From the NCBI GenBank assembly GCA_002269645.1, contig NIVC01001395.1, positions 233,505-297,504 of the forward strand: 64,000 nt of DNA, given 5' to 3'. The notes under the pieces were generated by a model. It ran no database searches. It was not told the DNA's origin and saw nothing but the letters and a program-made list of their open reading frames with translations. Below, piece after piece: positions 52,001 to 64,000 of this stretch. A program made the translations under genes and the position numbers. The stretch comes from Macrostomum lignano. Taxonomy: Eukaryota. Numbering within the stretch: position 1 is the stretch's first letter; each line of letters begins with the position of its first letter.

Positions 52001-55000
52001 AACATTAGCTATCACTTAACTATCTCTGTATCAATCTCATTCTCGCAGTGGTCAGCCAGCCGCAGGTCACCAACGACCCGGAGGAATTCCAAGAAATGAT
52101 CGAGGACATATTCGTGCAAGGAGGCGGCGACTGCCCCGAAGCGACACTGCAGGGCATCAAGCTGGCACTGGAGGCTGCACAGCCGCGCTCCTTCATCTAC
52201 GTGTTCACCGACGCCAGCGCGAAAGATCCGGAACTGCTTGACTCAGTTCTTGAACTCATTCAACGGAAAGAGAGTCAGGTATGTGATGACTAAAATATAA
52301 TTGAGCAATAGAATTCGTCAGCTAATTAATTAATGCACACACGGGATAGGTGGTTTTTGTTCTCACTGGAGATTGCGGAGACGAGAACAGCGCAGCGTTC
52401 CAGTGCTACCAGCGCATCAGCCAGGCCAGCTCCGGGATCCTGATTCGAATTATGAAAAATCGTGTATTAGACGTGAGTGAATCATTATTGTTTCTTCTGG
52501 TATACGAATCCGGAACATTGATTTATTATACACTGTAACGCTTTTCAAAACACTTCTGTTTCGATGGAACTAGTTTAAACATAAAATCTAATTTTGACAT
52601 TTTAAAAGCAAGTTGTTAAAACTTGAGTAGAAAATGACGTAAAAGCTGTGCATTTATTATGATAGAAACTATAGAACAGAGAAGAGGAGAGAGGAGAGGA
52701 GAGGATAGGAGGAGAGAGGAGACGAGAGAGGAGACGAGAGGGGAGAGGAGACGAGAGAAGAGGAGGAGAGAGGAGAGGAGATAGGAGAGGAGAGGAGAGG
52801 AGAGGAGAGAGGAGACGAGAGGAGAGGAGGAGAGAGGAGAGGAGAGGATAGCAGGAGAGGAGAGGAGAGAGGAGACGAGAGGAGAGAGGAGAGGAGAGGA
52901 GAGAGGAGACGAGAGGAGAGAGGAGAGGAGAGGAGAGAGGAGACGAGAGGAGAGAGGAGACGAGAGGAGAGGAGAGGAGAGGAGAGGAGAGGAGAGGAGA
53001 GAGGAGACGAGAGGAGAGGAGAGGAGAGGAGAGGAGAGGAGGAGAGAGGAGAGGAGAGAGGAGACGAGAGGAGAGGAGGAGAGAGGAGAGGAGAGGAGAG
53101 GAGAGAAGAGGAGAGGAGAGGAGAGGAGAGGAGAGGAGAGGAGAGAAGAGGAGAGGAGAGGAGAGGAGAGGAGAGGATAGGAGAGGAGAGGAGAGGAGAG
53201 GAGAGGAGAGGAGAGGAGAGGAGAGGAGAGGAGAGGAGAGGAGAGGAGAGGAGAGGAGAGGAGAGGAGAGGAGAGGAGAGGAGAGGAAAAGGAGGAGAGA
53301 GGAGAGAGGAGAGGAGAGGAGAGAGGAGAGGAAAAGCAGGAGAGAGGAGAGAGGAGAGGAGAGGAGAGAGGAGACGAGAGGAGAGGAGGAGAGAGGAGAG
53401 GAGAGGATAGCAGGAGAGGAGAGGAGAGAGGAGACGAGAGGAGAGAGGAGAGGAGAGGAGAGAGGAGACGAGAGGAGAGAGGAGACGAGAGGAGAGAGGA
53501 GACGAGAGGAGAGGAGAGGAGAGGAGAGGAGAGGAGAGGAGAGAGGAGACGAGAGGAGAGGAGAGGAGAGGAGAGGAGAGGAAAGGAGAGGAGGAGAGAG
53601 GAGAGAGGAGAGGAGAGGAGAGAGGAGACGAGAGGAGAGAGGAGACGAGAGGAGAGAGGAGACGAGAGGAGAGGAGAGGAGAGGAGAGGAGAGGAGAGGA
53701 GAGAGGAGACGAGAGGAGAGGAGAGGAGAGGAAAGGAGAGGAGGAGAGAGGAGAGGAGAGGATAGCAGGAGAGGAGAGGAGAGAGGAGACGAGAGGAGAG
53801 AGGAGAGGAGAGGAGAGAGGAGACGAGAGGAGAGAGGAGACGAGAGGAGAGGAGAGGAGAGGAGAGGAGAGGAGAGGAGAGGAGAGGAGAGGAGAGAGGA
53901 GACGAGAGGAGAGGAGAGGAGAGGAGAGGAGAGGAGAGGAAAGGAGAGGAGGAGAGAGGGGAGGAGAGGAGAAGAGAGAAAAGAGACGAGAGAGGAGATT
54001 AGAGAGAAGGGAGCCTTGAGCGGGCCGGATTGCTATTGTGAAGTTTCGAAGTACCCGAGGGCCAAATAGATAGGCTTTCCGGGCCACATGTGGCTCACGG
54101 GCCGGAGGTTGCCAGTCCCTGCTCTAGAGAATGCATAGCGCTGAACAGACTTTTGCCATAGACAGATTCAATCGAGAAAAAATCTTATTTTTCCAGTGCC
54201 TTCAGCTCTTTTCTAAGAAACTATAATGAAATTAAACTGTCCATGTACTTTTAAAACTACCAAAAAATACGAAAGTATATATATTTACTTTTGAACTGCT
54301 AGCTAGTACGAGGACTGGTCAATGTTGATTCTGATTGCGCTCTGCCGCAATAGAAGTCGTCAATGTTTGCTGATATAAATATCAGCGACGCCAGTTAGGT
54401 AGGTTCATTGGCTCCCTGCAGGTCAGCTGTTGGTATCCATATCGCGGGCGAAAGACCCCTGGTCTTCCGAAAGAAACAATCCTTGTGATTAACGAGTACC
54501 TGATCTTGGCCAAGAGGCACTTACTGGCTTAAGGAAAATACTGGCTGAACCGCAGGAACAAATTTAGGGTCACTGAGGATAACAGGCTCTCTTTGCGGCT
54601 GCAAATATCTGGTCAAAAATTAACTACCTTTAGCATCTTTTGCACTCGGCAATTTTGTGTAGCTTCTGGTTTACTGGAGACATTGTTTTGCAAAAGGTAG
54701 AAGCCAAGGTTAAGGTCAAACTGAAGAGACTGTCACTTGATAACATCAGCGGATGGGTCACGCGCTGAAATCGACCAGATTAAAATATTGCATAATCAAA
54801 ATTTACTACCTAAAGTTAAAACTTTACAACGCCTGCCACAAAATCTTTGCGTTAATTTTATTCAACTTATTTAACAACGATAAATCGCCGGTACGAAATG
54901 GCATAACGTCAAAACAGGGTTTTACCACACACCATCCTAGTGTCTGTACTAGTGTCTGTCCAAGTGTCTGTCCTAGTGTCTGTCCTAGTGTCTGTCCTAG

Positions 55001-58000
55001 TGTCTGTCCTGGTGTCTGTCCTAGTGTCTGTCCTAGTGTCTGTCCTAGTGTCTGTCCTGGTGCCTGTCCTAGTGTCTGTCCTAGTGTCTGTCCTAGTGTC
55101 TATCCCGGTGTCTGTCCTAGTGTCTGTGCTAGTGTCTGTCCTTGTGTCTGTCCCAGTATCTTTCCTAGTGTCTGTGCTAGTGTCTGTCCTTGTGTCTGTC
55201 CCAGTGTCTGTCCCGGTGTCTGTCCTAGTGTCTGTGCTAGTGTCTGTCCTTGTGTCTGTCCCAGTGTCTGTCCCGGTGTCTGTCCTAGTGTCTGTCCTAG
55301 TGTCTGTCCTAGTGTCTATGCTAGTGTCTGTCCTTGTGTCTGTCCCATTGTCTGTCCTAAACACCATGGGCAGCTGAAGTAGTAGGTATTTAATGTAAAT
55401 GTATGCCAACTACATCTAGAAAATATCATTTTCTAGAATAGACACATAAAAATCGACTCCATTGACTCTACTCTAGACTCTACTAGCCTAGATTATCCTA
55501 ATTTTAATCTGGCTCGCAGATTATAATGTCATCCGATTCCGCAGATCATGAACCTTGTTAAAGTGGCCCTCACTCCCGAGCGAGTGCACATACTGAGCGT
55601 TGACAAGGAGATACCAGACGAGAACAACATTTACGACATACCAATCGACAGTTCAGTCAAGTACTTCACTGTGTCGGTCTCTGGTCGAGGCGTCAGAATC
55701 GAATCATTGCAAGACCCGTTTGGTAAGAAACAACTGATTGACCCTGACAAGATGAACAAAGTAATTGTTGAAAAGTTACCATCTCTTGTTTGCGCTGTTA
55801 CAGGTCGCCAAGTCAATTCCGCCTACAACGCAAGCCTACCAAATCTGGAAGTGAAAAGTGTCAGCAACCCGATTCTGGGGCATTGGACTCTGAGAGTTAC
55901 TCCGCCGAAAAGTAAGGAAAATGTAAAATTATGGAGTTAAATTTGTAGCATTAGGAAGGGTGCAGCCAGTGAGGAGAAAAGCAGTCACTTTGTTCTTTTA
56001 GAGGCAGGGAAACTGTGTGCACCCTGGCGCACTTTAAGCGACATTGTCACACAACCGGCGAGAGGCATTGCTGCCCCCATTCCGCCAACTCCCCTGAGCA
56101 GGCACACAAGCGCGCGGATACGTACGCAGTCACACGCACAGGCACACACTCACACAGGAGTGTACAGCGACCCTAACTGTATTTATCGTTAGGCATGTAC
56201 ACTTCACTGCGCCTTGTGGATTGCACGAGCAGAGCCAAGCGAGCCTGGCACAAAGACCATACACCGCCTGTTCCGTTGAAACTTGAGCACGCTCGATGGC
56301 ACGAAACGCCTTCTAGGCCAATTCCCGTGCAGATCAGGGTGATTTATAAATTCCGTCTAGTCAGAGACAAAGGTAGAACTGTTCCAATAAGTAGTCTTAT
56401 CAACTCCGCGCATCTCCGATCCCGTGGTTGCCACTTCAGCGGACAGCAATGGCAAAGCGAAGCACTCGATTCGAGTGACCGGCCGAAGCAAGCTGGACTT
56501 CAGTCACGCTTTTTCTACGAGTCTGGGCAACGCGTACCCGGTGGAGATCGCGTCCAACTCCACTCGACCGTACTTAGGTGAGAGAGAATGAATGAAGACC
56601 GACAAATTCAGAATACCGTTGCTTTCTCTAAACCAGGGGTCCTCAAACTCCGGCTCGAGGGCCACAGCTTTCTTCTCTCATCTCTCCTCTCTTCTATTCT
56701 CTCATCTCTCCTCGCTACTAAAATGATATTTTGAAACTCAGAAAAGCATTAATTACAGTAGCTAAAAGTTCAAACAATAGCACAAATTCAAAATCGTCTT
56801 ATCGATACCAGACACTGTGCAGCCAGAAAAAGATTTGTGATCATTAGATACACACGAATTAGGGAAACCACTGTATATCAAACAACGAAATTTATTAATT
56901 ACAATTTTGAAACAATCCGTTAAAGAATCTTGTATTTCAATAGGTCGTCATTCGATAGTCAATAAGACACACTATATGACAGTTAGTAGGGATGAAAATA
57001 TATTGTAAGATTTTGACGCTTTTCCTAAAATAAATAGAGTAAGAAACACGACGAAAATGGTCACGTGGTACTGTTGTTCAAAGTTACAAACTGCAGAAAC
57101 ATTTTCTAAACTTTGTCGGGTTTATTACGAGTAATTGCGCTCCAGGCGGAACTTGACCCAGTCGGCGCTCGTCTCGATCTCCTCCTCCACCTGAGCGTCG
57201 GTGAACAGCAGCAGGCGGCAGGCTCTCAGCTTGCTGTTGTACAGCACGTGTCTGCTCGTAGCCAATTTCATCGCCTCGAAAAAGCACTGAATCACGCTGT
57301 CAATTTCCGTCAGATCAGTGCAGCAGTACTCCGTACTCGGATTGTAGCTGGTGCGCTTGAACGGAGTTCGCTTCCAGACTGAGGAGGTGTTAGGATTAGA
57401 AAAAGGCGAAGTCGTCCCAACGTACTCGCACACGAACCCGCGCAGATCGGAGCACTGATAGTCGTGAAAGAGGTTTGCAAGAGATTTCGTCAAGCAGTCT
57501 TGATTGCCATTGTTATTGGGCATTCCCAAATGCCACAGAAGGTCGTTGAGAGGCAGCACTCCGTTGTCGTTAACCAGCGGCCAGCCGGACCTCAGTGCGC
57601 CTCTCTCGTCAGCCAGATCGGAGACTCCTAACCACAGCTTGCAGCTGCACATCTGGACGCTCAACATGGTGGGCAGCAGCTGCAACGAGTCGTGCAAGTT
57701 GATGAGCTCGCCTCCGATCGATGCGCACTGCCGATTGGCCTCGCACCAGGTGAAGCTCTGGGCTGCATTCACGAACACGCACTTGCCAGCCTCGAGGTTG
57801 AACGGGTTCGGGCAATCAGGGAGCACTGGTTCCAGTCTACAACAAAGGAAGAGAGCCAGAAGTCCGATTTTGAGCAACTGGTTGAGGTACATGTCAAGTC
57901 AAGCTGCAATGAACCGTAATAAACTCCTCAAATTTGTTCCGCATCGGCCCAGTAACTTCTTTTATAGAAGCCGAGCCGTTGTTTAAAAAACTGGTGCAAC

Positions 58001-61000
58001 CGAGAACGGATTGAAAAATGAAATTTTGTGGCTTTGAAATCTGTGGCTTTCCGGCTTCCTGCTTAAACGTCGTTGAAGCAAAAAGTGTCGTAGGCGTAGC
58101 AACTGAGAGTAAAATCGAAACCATAACGAGGGAAAGACAAAAAACTGCACTGTTTTGTTCTTCTATAGAAAATGATTCCTGAAAAATTGAATGCAAGTCA
58201 TTTTTCATTTTTTATGAGCTTGTTTTTTTGTTCCGGAAAAGCATCATCTACAGGAAAGCATCGAATTGTGAAACCTACTTCCGAAGTTTGCTATTCTATT
58301 AACTTCCTTGATGTATTCGTAAACACTTACGTTTCACGCATGGATTGCTTAAAACTATTGAAACGGAGTTTGATTTTTATAGAGGCCGGCAAGAAGTTTG
58401 TTTCAAATATGACACTTTTCGCTAGCAATTAGTACGGAGCATGCTTTTGGATTGCTTTTCTTCGAAGGAATTGCTTTCCTCTGTCCAAAAATTAGTCTAC
58501 AAATTTGTCTTAAAGGGTAACTCTTGCAAATCAACAGGAATGAAAAAGTGAACGATTTATCTTTTTAATTTAAAAGATAGGCCTGCCAAACTCTCCACCC
58601 ACCACCACCACCAATTCCTAGGAATCCCATCGCACCTGTACATCAATCAGACTCGATCGCTGGGCACGGTGCACTACGCTGCATTGACCACATTTGAAAA
58701 GTACAGCTTGATCACCGCTCGAGCCAGACAGCTCTCTGAAAGCGTTTTCGTTACTGACCGTTTGGAACCGCCTTCCGGCTTCTTCTATGTTGTTGTAAGT
58801 GCTCAAGGGGGTACGGATTAATGTTAATTTTGAAAGATTCTAGCCAAGCCCCTCGATGTCACGACGAGTGATGGCACTTTGCGTGCTCCTGGCTCTTTCA
58901 CAAGTTATTGAATCACCAAAGATACGAACCCGCTGCCCAATTGCTGTGTCAAGTGAAGAGGTTTGACAGAGACGAAAAAGAGACGGCCATTAATTTCTGT
59001 TTCAATTAAGTGGAGTCTATTCTTTAACAGAGATATGCAGTATAAAGTCTTGACTTCTTCTCGACTTACTTTCAAGTTCCTTAGTTACAGAATTAAATGA
59101 GACATTTAAGTCGACACAATCGAAGAATATCGAGACAGTCAATGATGTTATCTAAGGGAAGATAAAGTTGAAGCTGCAAAACCGACGGAAATATGACGAC
59201 GAGCCTTTAACTTGTAGCGCTGGTGAAAAAGAGGATGTGAACTAAAGATTCAAAATGGACCCCGAAATATTCGGTACCGACTTTTGTACACCCATCTCTT
59301 CATTTGGAGCCAAATAGCTCCCATTATGCCTAAAACCGACCACTTTAGAATTTGGGGATCTCTATGGGGAGAAATGGGATAAATGGCGATTTCATGTGAT
59401 CCGAAACCTTCCTGTGCTATTTGAGTTTAATATAATTTCATTGTGTGTTTTTTCAGAACCCTCTACTATACAGCCATTTATGAAACATAATACTAAAGTA
59501 CTAAAGCTTGACGTTATTTACATGAGAATGATTCAGGACATGCACTTTTAGGATAGCATAAACATTATTAAGAAATAACATAATGGGGGTCACAACATAA
59601 CATTACTATCGCTCCTATTCTTCATACAAACATATAAAAAGAGCGTTTATCGTGGTCATCACGTCAGTTAAACATCTGAAGCTCCAAGTGAAGGGATTGG
59701 CGTAGAGAGATCGGGACCTGCAATGCTTCAGGCTCCATTTTGACTCTTTAGTTCACATCCTCTTTAATAGCCGCGGTTTACTAGTTTTCAGCTGCAGTAG
59801 AAATAGAGATGCGACGCCCCACAGTGCCAAGCACAGTCCTCGGTTGTCCTGCACAAATTCAAATGGACACCTGGCCGCCTAAATTATCTTTTTCTCACAC
59901 ACACCTTGCCACTAACTAACAACACCAGGTGACCGGCAAGGATCTCGAAGGCAGGGACTATCAGCGCTACTCGCCCACAGCTGTGAAAGCTCTGGTCGCG
60001 CCGGCTCCTCGCGTCGAATGTCGCAGCTTGGACGTCCGGGTTCGTCGAGGCGACTGGACCAGCCTGCGCTGCGAGGTGTTCAGCACCAAGGACTACCTGA
60101 CTACCTGGTATAAAGTGCTGGGCGAGAATCGAAAACAGGTGCTACAATCGATCAGTAGTCCAGCTGGGCAAAGACTCCAAACTCTGACTTTGAAAGAGGC
60201 CGACGCCACAGTGGCTGGAGTTTACGAGCTGATGGCAACCACTGTCGACGGCCAGATGCATTCAGACCGCGTTCAGGTCACTGTGCTGCGTGAGTTACAT
60301 TTTGTGTTAATTAACTATAGTGAAATTCGCCGGTACCCAATGTTTGAGCACTAACACGCGCATATCTATAAGTACTTATAAGCTTTTAGCCAACGGACCA
60401 CTGGCAAGTGACCCCATTCCAGCTGATCGCCGACCGTTCTGGTTGCACCGAACAATGTCAGCGTGGCAGCAAATACTGTAGCAAAGTTGCGGTGTCTAGT
60501 GGTTGCAGAGGTCTCAGCTATGACGTCATTGGTTGTCGATTGGTCTCGGGGCGGCTCGAGATTCGATGTGGCTCGTCCGCTGGTGAACTCTAGCCGGATC
60601 GCGGTGATTGAGTCTAGACAAGTCAGCGCTGTTGATAAAACTTTGATAATAAGGTAAGTATGAATGGGATAGCTTAAAAATTTTAACGCCCCAGCTCACA
60701 CTGTCTTACGGCACCGATAGAACATGTAATTACCTTTTGGTGATTCAGCTCTCCTAAGAGTTCAAATCACTTCTTAAAGCTCGAAAATTCAAATCGTCGA
60801 ATTCAGTGAAGTATCGAGGTTGGGTAACGCCCTTAAGAGTTCTTCAAACAGTTAACAGTTAGTTATCAAGTTGCCGTGCAGGAACGTAGCCAGGGGCTGA
60901 GGATACGTCCTGAGGCTTTTACTAAAATAAAAATTTTGTATGCTTGTGGCGCCTTCACACGTTAAGGAATCACCAATGACGCATTATGCCAGTGGAGTGG

Positions 61001-63779
61001 AGTGGAGAAAGCGAAAACTTTCTATTTCGCCAAGTTATTTTGGAGGTAGCGTCTTTCCACTTGTTTCGTTTATGACGGTAATGTGCTTCGAACACGTTAT
61101 TATTGATAGATACGCCACTGAATCGGACTCGGGCGAGTACGTATGCCGAGCAGCTTACACTACTAGCGGATCGAGCTCAGGAATATCCGGCTCAAAGTCA
61201 ACTTGGCTCATTGTCAGCAATATGCCGATCGTGTTGCGACTGTTGCCGGATGTTCGACGATTAAATTATCGACGAAACGACACTATCAGCATTGAATGCC
61301 AGGTGGAATCGGGACAGAGAGGTCTGCAGCTCAACTGGTGGCGCATGAGCACAGGCCAGCTGGTGTCCACCACTGGGATACTTCAAATTGCACGCGCCGA
61401 GCCTCAACACGCCGGAGTTTTCCAGTGCCGACCAGAGACGGCGTCAAGAAACGCGTCGTTTAAATCGGTCGAGCTGGTCTACGGTGAGCCACCGGCTGTG
61501 CAAGCTGTGCCAGCCAATCTGATGGCTTACTACGGCACGAATGCTTCGCTGTACTGCGCGATAACTGCCGGAGTGCCGAAACCTCGGCTCGTCTGGCAGC
61601 GACTATTGACTCCGACAACTGCTAGTAATGTCACAGTTGTCGAGAGCGGCGGTTTGAGAATTCATTTCTTAGCTACGGAAACTACCGTTGGAGAGTGGGT
61701 CTGCTTGGCAAAAAATGAGGCCGGGACGGCGGAGGCAAAAGTGCAAGTCTCGATTGTTCGTAAGTTGACTGCTGTTTTATTTACCTTTTTATTTAACAGT
61801 ACCAGAACTTGCAAGTTAAGCGGAGTGGTGGCGGTTAGTATGTCAAGCCTTCAGAGCTGAAAACTTGGGACTGTACGGTAAAAGCTGCACTGAACCTTCA
61901 AATGCACCACGCATAATTTTACTAAAAATCCGTTCGCTTTCGACACTTTTAGCGTTCATCAAAATTGATGCGACTCCATCGCCAGTGCTGGTTAAACTGA
62001 GCAGGCCCGTAGAGATCGAGTGCCGAATTCGAGGTCAACTGCGACCCACAATCGTTTGGGCAAAGGATGGAGAGGCATTTATTGCTGATGCATCTATCGA
62101 TCAAGATGGACAGAGATTAAGAATTTCAAGAGCCCAGGTGCGCCATTCTGGCAGTTACCGATGCACAGCCGAAAACTCTTTAGGCAGCATGTCTAAAGTC
62201 ATTAATCTAGTAGTCGGTCAGGCGCCTAAGCCCGTTAAACCTCTTGTTGGTCCAAACAATTTGGTTCTATACGAAGGAGAAGCGCGCGAGCTGCATTGCA
62301 ATGCCACCGGCATTCCTAACCCGATCATTCAGTGGCGCCACAACGGCAGTGTCCGGTCCAGCAGTGGATCCGTGCTGAACATCCGTACAGTGACAGTTTC
62401 GTCAGCTGGACGGTACAACTGCTCCGCTAGCAACCAGTTTGGAACGACTACGATTCTCTTTGACGTTAGCGTCGTCTCCAAACCTGTTATCGTTCCTCCA
62501 ACCGGACTTGTGAATTCAAAAAAGCTTGTGAAACTCAATGACAGCTTGCTGTTGGAGTGCCGTCTCTTTGACTCTGTCAGGTCCGATCTGGACGCCTCGC
62601 TGGAGGTGATTTGGCTTAAGGACGGCGATCCGATTGATGGTCGTGTTATGGACGTTGTCCAGAACTCCGATGGGGTGAGTTTAGATCGTGAAAATGTACA
62701 TTCTTATCACTGCATACGATCTAAAATGTGACACTGGTGCATCGTTAGCGCATGCGACCATGGAGCCATGTAGGCCTGGGGCTTGTGTGGTTGTTGATCT
62801 CGAGGCATAATAATTCGCGCCTGAGTACATATTCATATGTGTGTGTGTGTGTGCGTGCTCAGGGGTCAGAGTAGCCTATTCTGTATATATTATTAAATAA
62901 CAATTAAACCACTGCATCTACTCAATCCTAGACAAAATCACTTCTGATTCGTCGAGCCAGCCTAGCCGACTCCGGAAAGTACATGTGCATCGCTAGCAAC
63001 AAGGCAGGCTCCGACAGTATACTAATTGATGTGTCCGTCATTTATTCGCCTCACGCCACCAGTTCGCAAGTTCAAGTTCTCCGTCGAAGTGCCGGACAGG
63101 ATGTCAGCATTAGCTGCAACGTGACCGATGGAGTTCCTCCTGCCGTGTTCACTTGGCGAATGAACCCTGCGATGTCATCAGCTCGCAGCTCCTCGATTGG
63201 CTCGCCTGACAGCAGCAGTCGAATCAAGCTGTCTACCGATCGAAAAGTGCTCACAATCAAGCGCTTAGTTGCCAGCGACTCGGGTAATTACGATTGCACA
63301 GCAACCAATCGAGTCGGCTCGGCAACTAGTCGAACTCGCCTAATCGTCAGCGACCCACCGGTGATCGATCGGAGCAAACTCGGTCCCGTTGAACGGTGGG
63401 TTCTGCGCAATCAAGGAGCCAGTTTAACTTGTCCAATCGGATCGGGCAGCCCGCGTCCATCGCTGAGCCTGGTTTCTGAACGGCAGACGCCTGGACACTG
63501 CAGATTCTTCTAACGGTTTTATACTTCGACGCAACGGTGAGGAGCTGGAGATTCTAAGCGCCCAACCCGAGCACCAAGGCCGTTATCGATGCGAGGCAGC
63601 CAATCCATCTGGCATAGACGCCATCGAGCTCGTTCTGTCCGTTGTTGAAGCTCCAATTCTTCGCCAGTCGCCAGACGAAATCCGTGCGAAGTCTGGCGAT
63701 CCAGTCAGCATTTGGTGTCGCGTGCTCAACGGCACAAGGCCGATTGACCTGAGCTGGACTCGGGTGACAGTCCAATCGT
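49019..63779 (+). CDS. HMCN1: hemicentin-like protein, 5' part; exons 49019-49256, 52049-52278, 52350-52472, 55545-55911, 56440-56577, 58622-58794, 59929-60289, ~60423-60653, 61110-61759, 61953-62674, 62932-~63779; continues past the window
   Basis: Signal peptide, vWA SLAIVFDTTGSM.DDL..V, GGGDCPE..L.GI.LALE..P.SFIYVFTDASAKD, SQVVFVLTGDCGD, then tandem I-set Ig domains (DSG.Y.C.A.N). Two apparent 1-bp frameshifts (~60423, ~63469). The symbol denotes the family, not proven orthology. Confidence 0.88.
49270..52002. repeat. 10-bp satellite (TCACTGTA[A/G]C)n with 13-bp variant TCATCATTGTAAC
   Basis: Fills hemicentin intron 1. Confidence 0.97.
52675..54121. mobile_element. GGAGA satellite ending in a hAT-like MITE right end (…GGGCCGGAGGTTGCCAGTCCCTG)
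   Basis: 54010-54121 is homologous to 520-624 and is followed by CTCTAGAG, a hAT-like target. No left TIR was found. Confidence 0.6.
54942..55358. repeat. 12-bp minisatellite (CTAGTGTCTGTC)n
   Basis: Read directly. Confidence 0.93.
56013..56245 (+). repeat. copy of the unclassified dispersed repeat
   Basis: Matches 28175-28425. Confidence 0.85.
56634..56712. mobile_element. truncated hAT-like MITE end
   Basis: CTCTAAAC|CAGGGGTCCTCAAACTCCGGCTCGAGGGCCACA followed by CT-rich sequence. Confidence 0.5.
57125..57892 (-). CDS. secreted C-type lectin + PAN-like protein, intronless, nested antisense in a hemicentin intron
   Basis: Signal peptide, CPNPFNLEAGKC, WCEANRQC..IGGEL, WLGVSD, PNN..QDC, C..LRGFVCE, HVLYNSKLRACRL; lies inside intron 56578-58621. 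Confidence 0.85.
   Translation of the reverse strand: MYLNQLLKIGLLALFLCCRLEPVLPDCPNPFNLEAGKCVFVNAAQSFTWCEANRQCASIGGELINLHDSLQLLPTMLSVQMCSCKLWLGVSDLADERGALRSGWPLVNDNGVLPLNDLLWHLGMPNNNGNQDCLTKSLANLFHDYQCSDLRGFVCEYVGTTSPFSNPNTSSVWKRTPFKRTSYNPSTEYCCTDLTEIDSVIQCFFEAMKLATSRHVLYNSKLRACRLLLFTDAQVEEEIETSADWVKFRLERNYS
59228..59765. mobile_element. possible MITE bounded by 32-bp inverted repeats
   Basis: AAAGAGGATGTGAACTAAAGATTCAAAATGGA (59228-59259) matches the reverse complement of 59734-59765 at 31/32. TTAA is present on the right only. Confidence 0.4.
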
Positions 63780-64000
63780 AAGTTACTTGCTGCTTCGATA
63801 ATGTAGTCAAAACTATCGTACCATAGGGATGATAAGTTGTAGAGTTTCTGTGATGACGTACAGTGTAGTTGTGTTGTGTGAGAGGGGTTGAGGGGAAGTG
63901 GGGTAGGAATGTTCTTTGTCTCAAGCGTTACCCTGTGCTTGCTTGTTCGTTCCTTCCTTTTCCTTTTGCCCCTTTTTCTTTGCGTACATGTATGAGACGC

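Overview
Eukaryotic (animal) genomic DNA with compact GC-rich exons and introns swollen by mini/microsatellites. The style is reminiscent of the flatworm Macrostomum, but that is inference only. Host genes: the 3' end of an EAF-like gene, SURF1, GTF2H2 (TFIIH p44), VPS26C, an ATF4/ATF5-like bZIP gene with the classic two-uORF leader, two intronless C-type lectin-PAN paralogs, a minus-strand LRR/EF-hand gene (LRRC74-like) and the 5' part of a hemicentin. The standout is a 10,129-bp endogenous Polinton/adintovirus-like element (16150-26278) with 573-bp TIRs (2 mismatches) and a perfect 6-bp TSD (CATGAA). It carries a virion module (ATPase, adenain, major and minor capsid, two core-like proteins) and a broken integrase, but no protein-primed DNA polymerase. 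At that end it encodes a TBP-like domain (possibly fused to an SSB-like domain), and a TATAAATA box (six of seven copies CTATAAATA) sits just upstream of most of its structural genes. This suggests an element-encoded transcription switch. Several 1-bp indels in conserved host genes suggest assembly errors, so single-base frameshifts anywhere in the window should be treated with caution.
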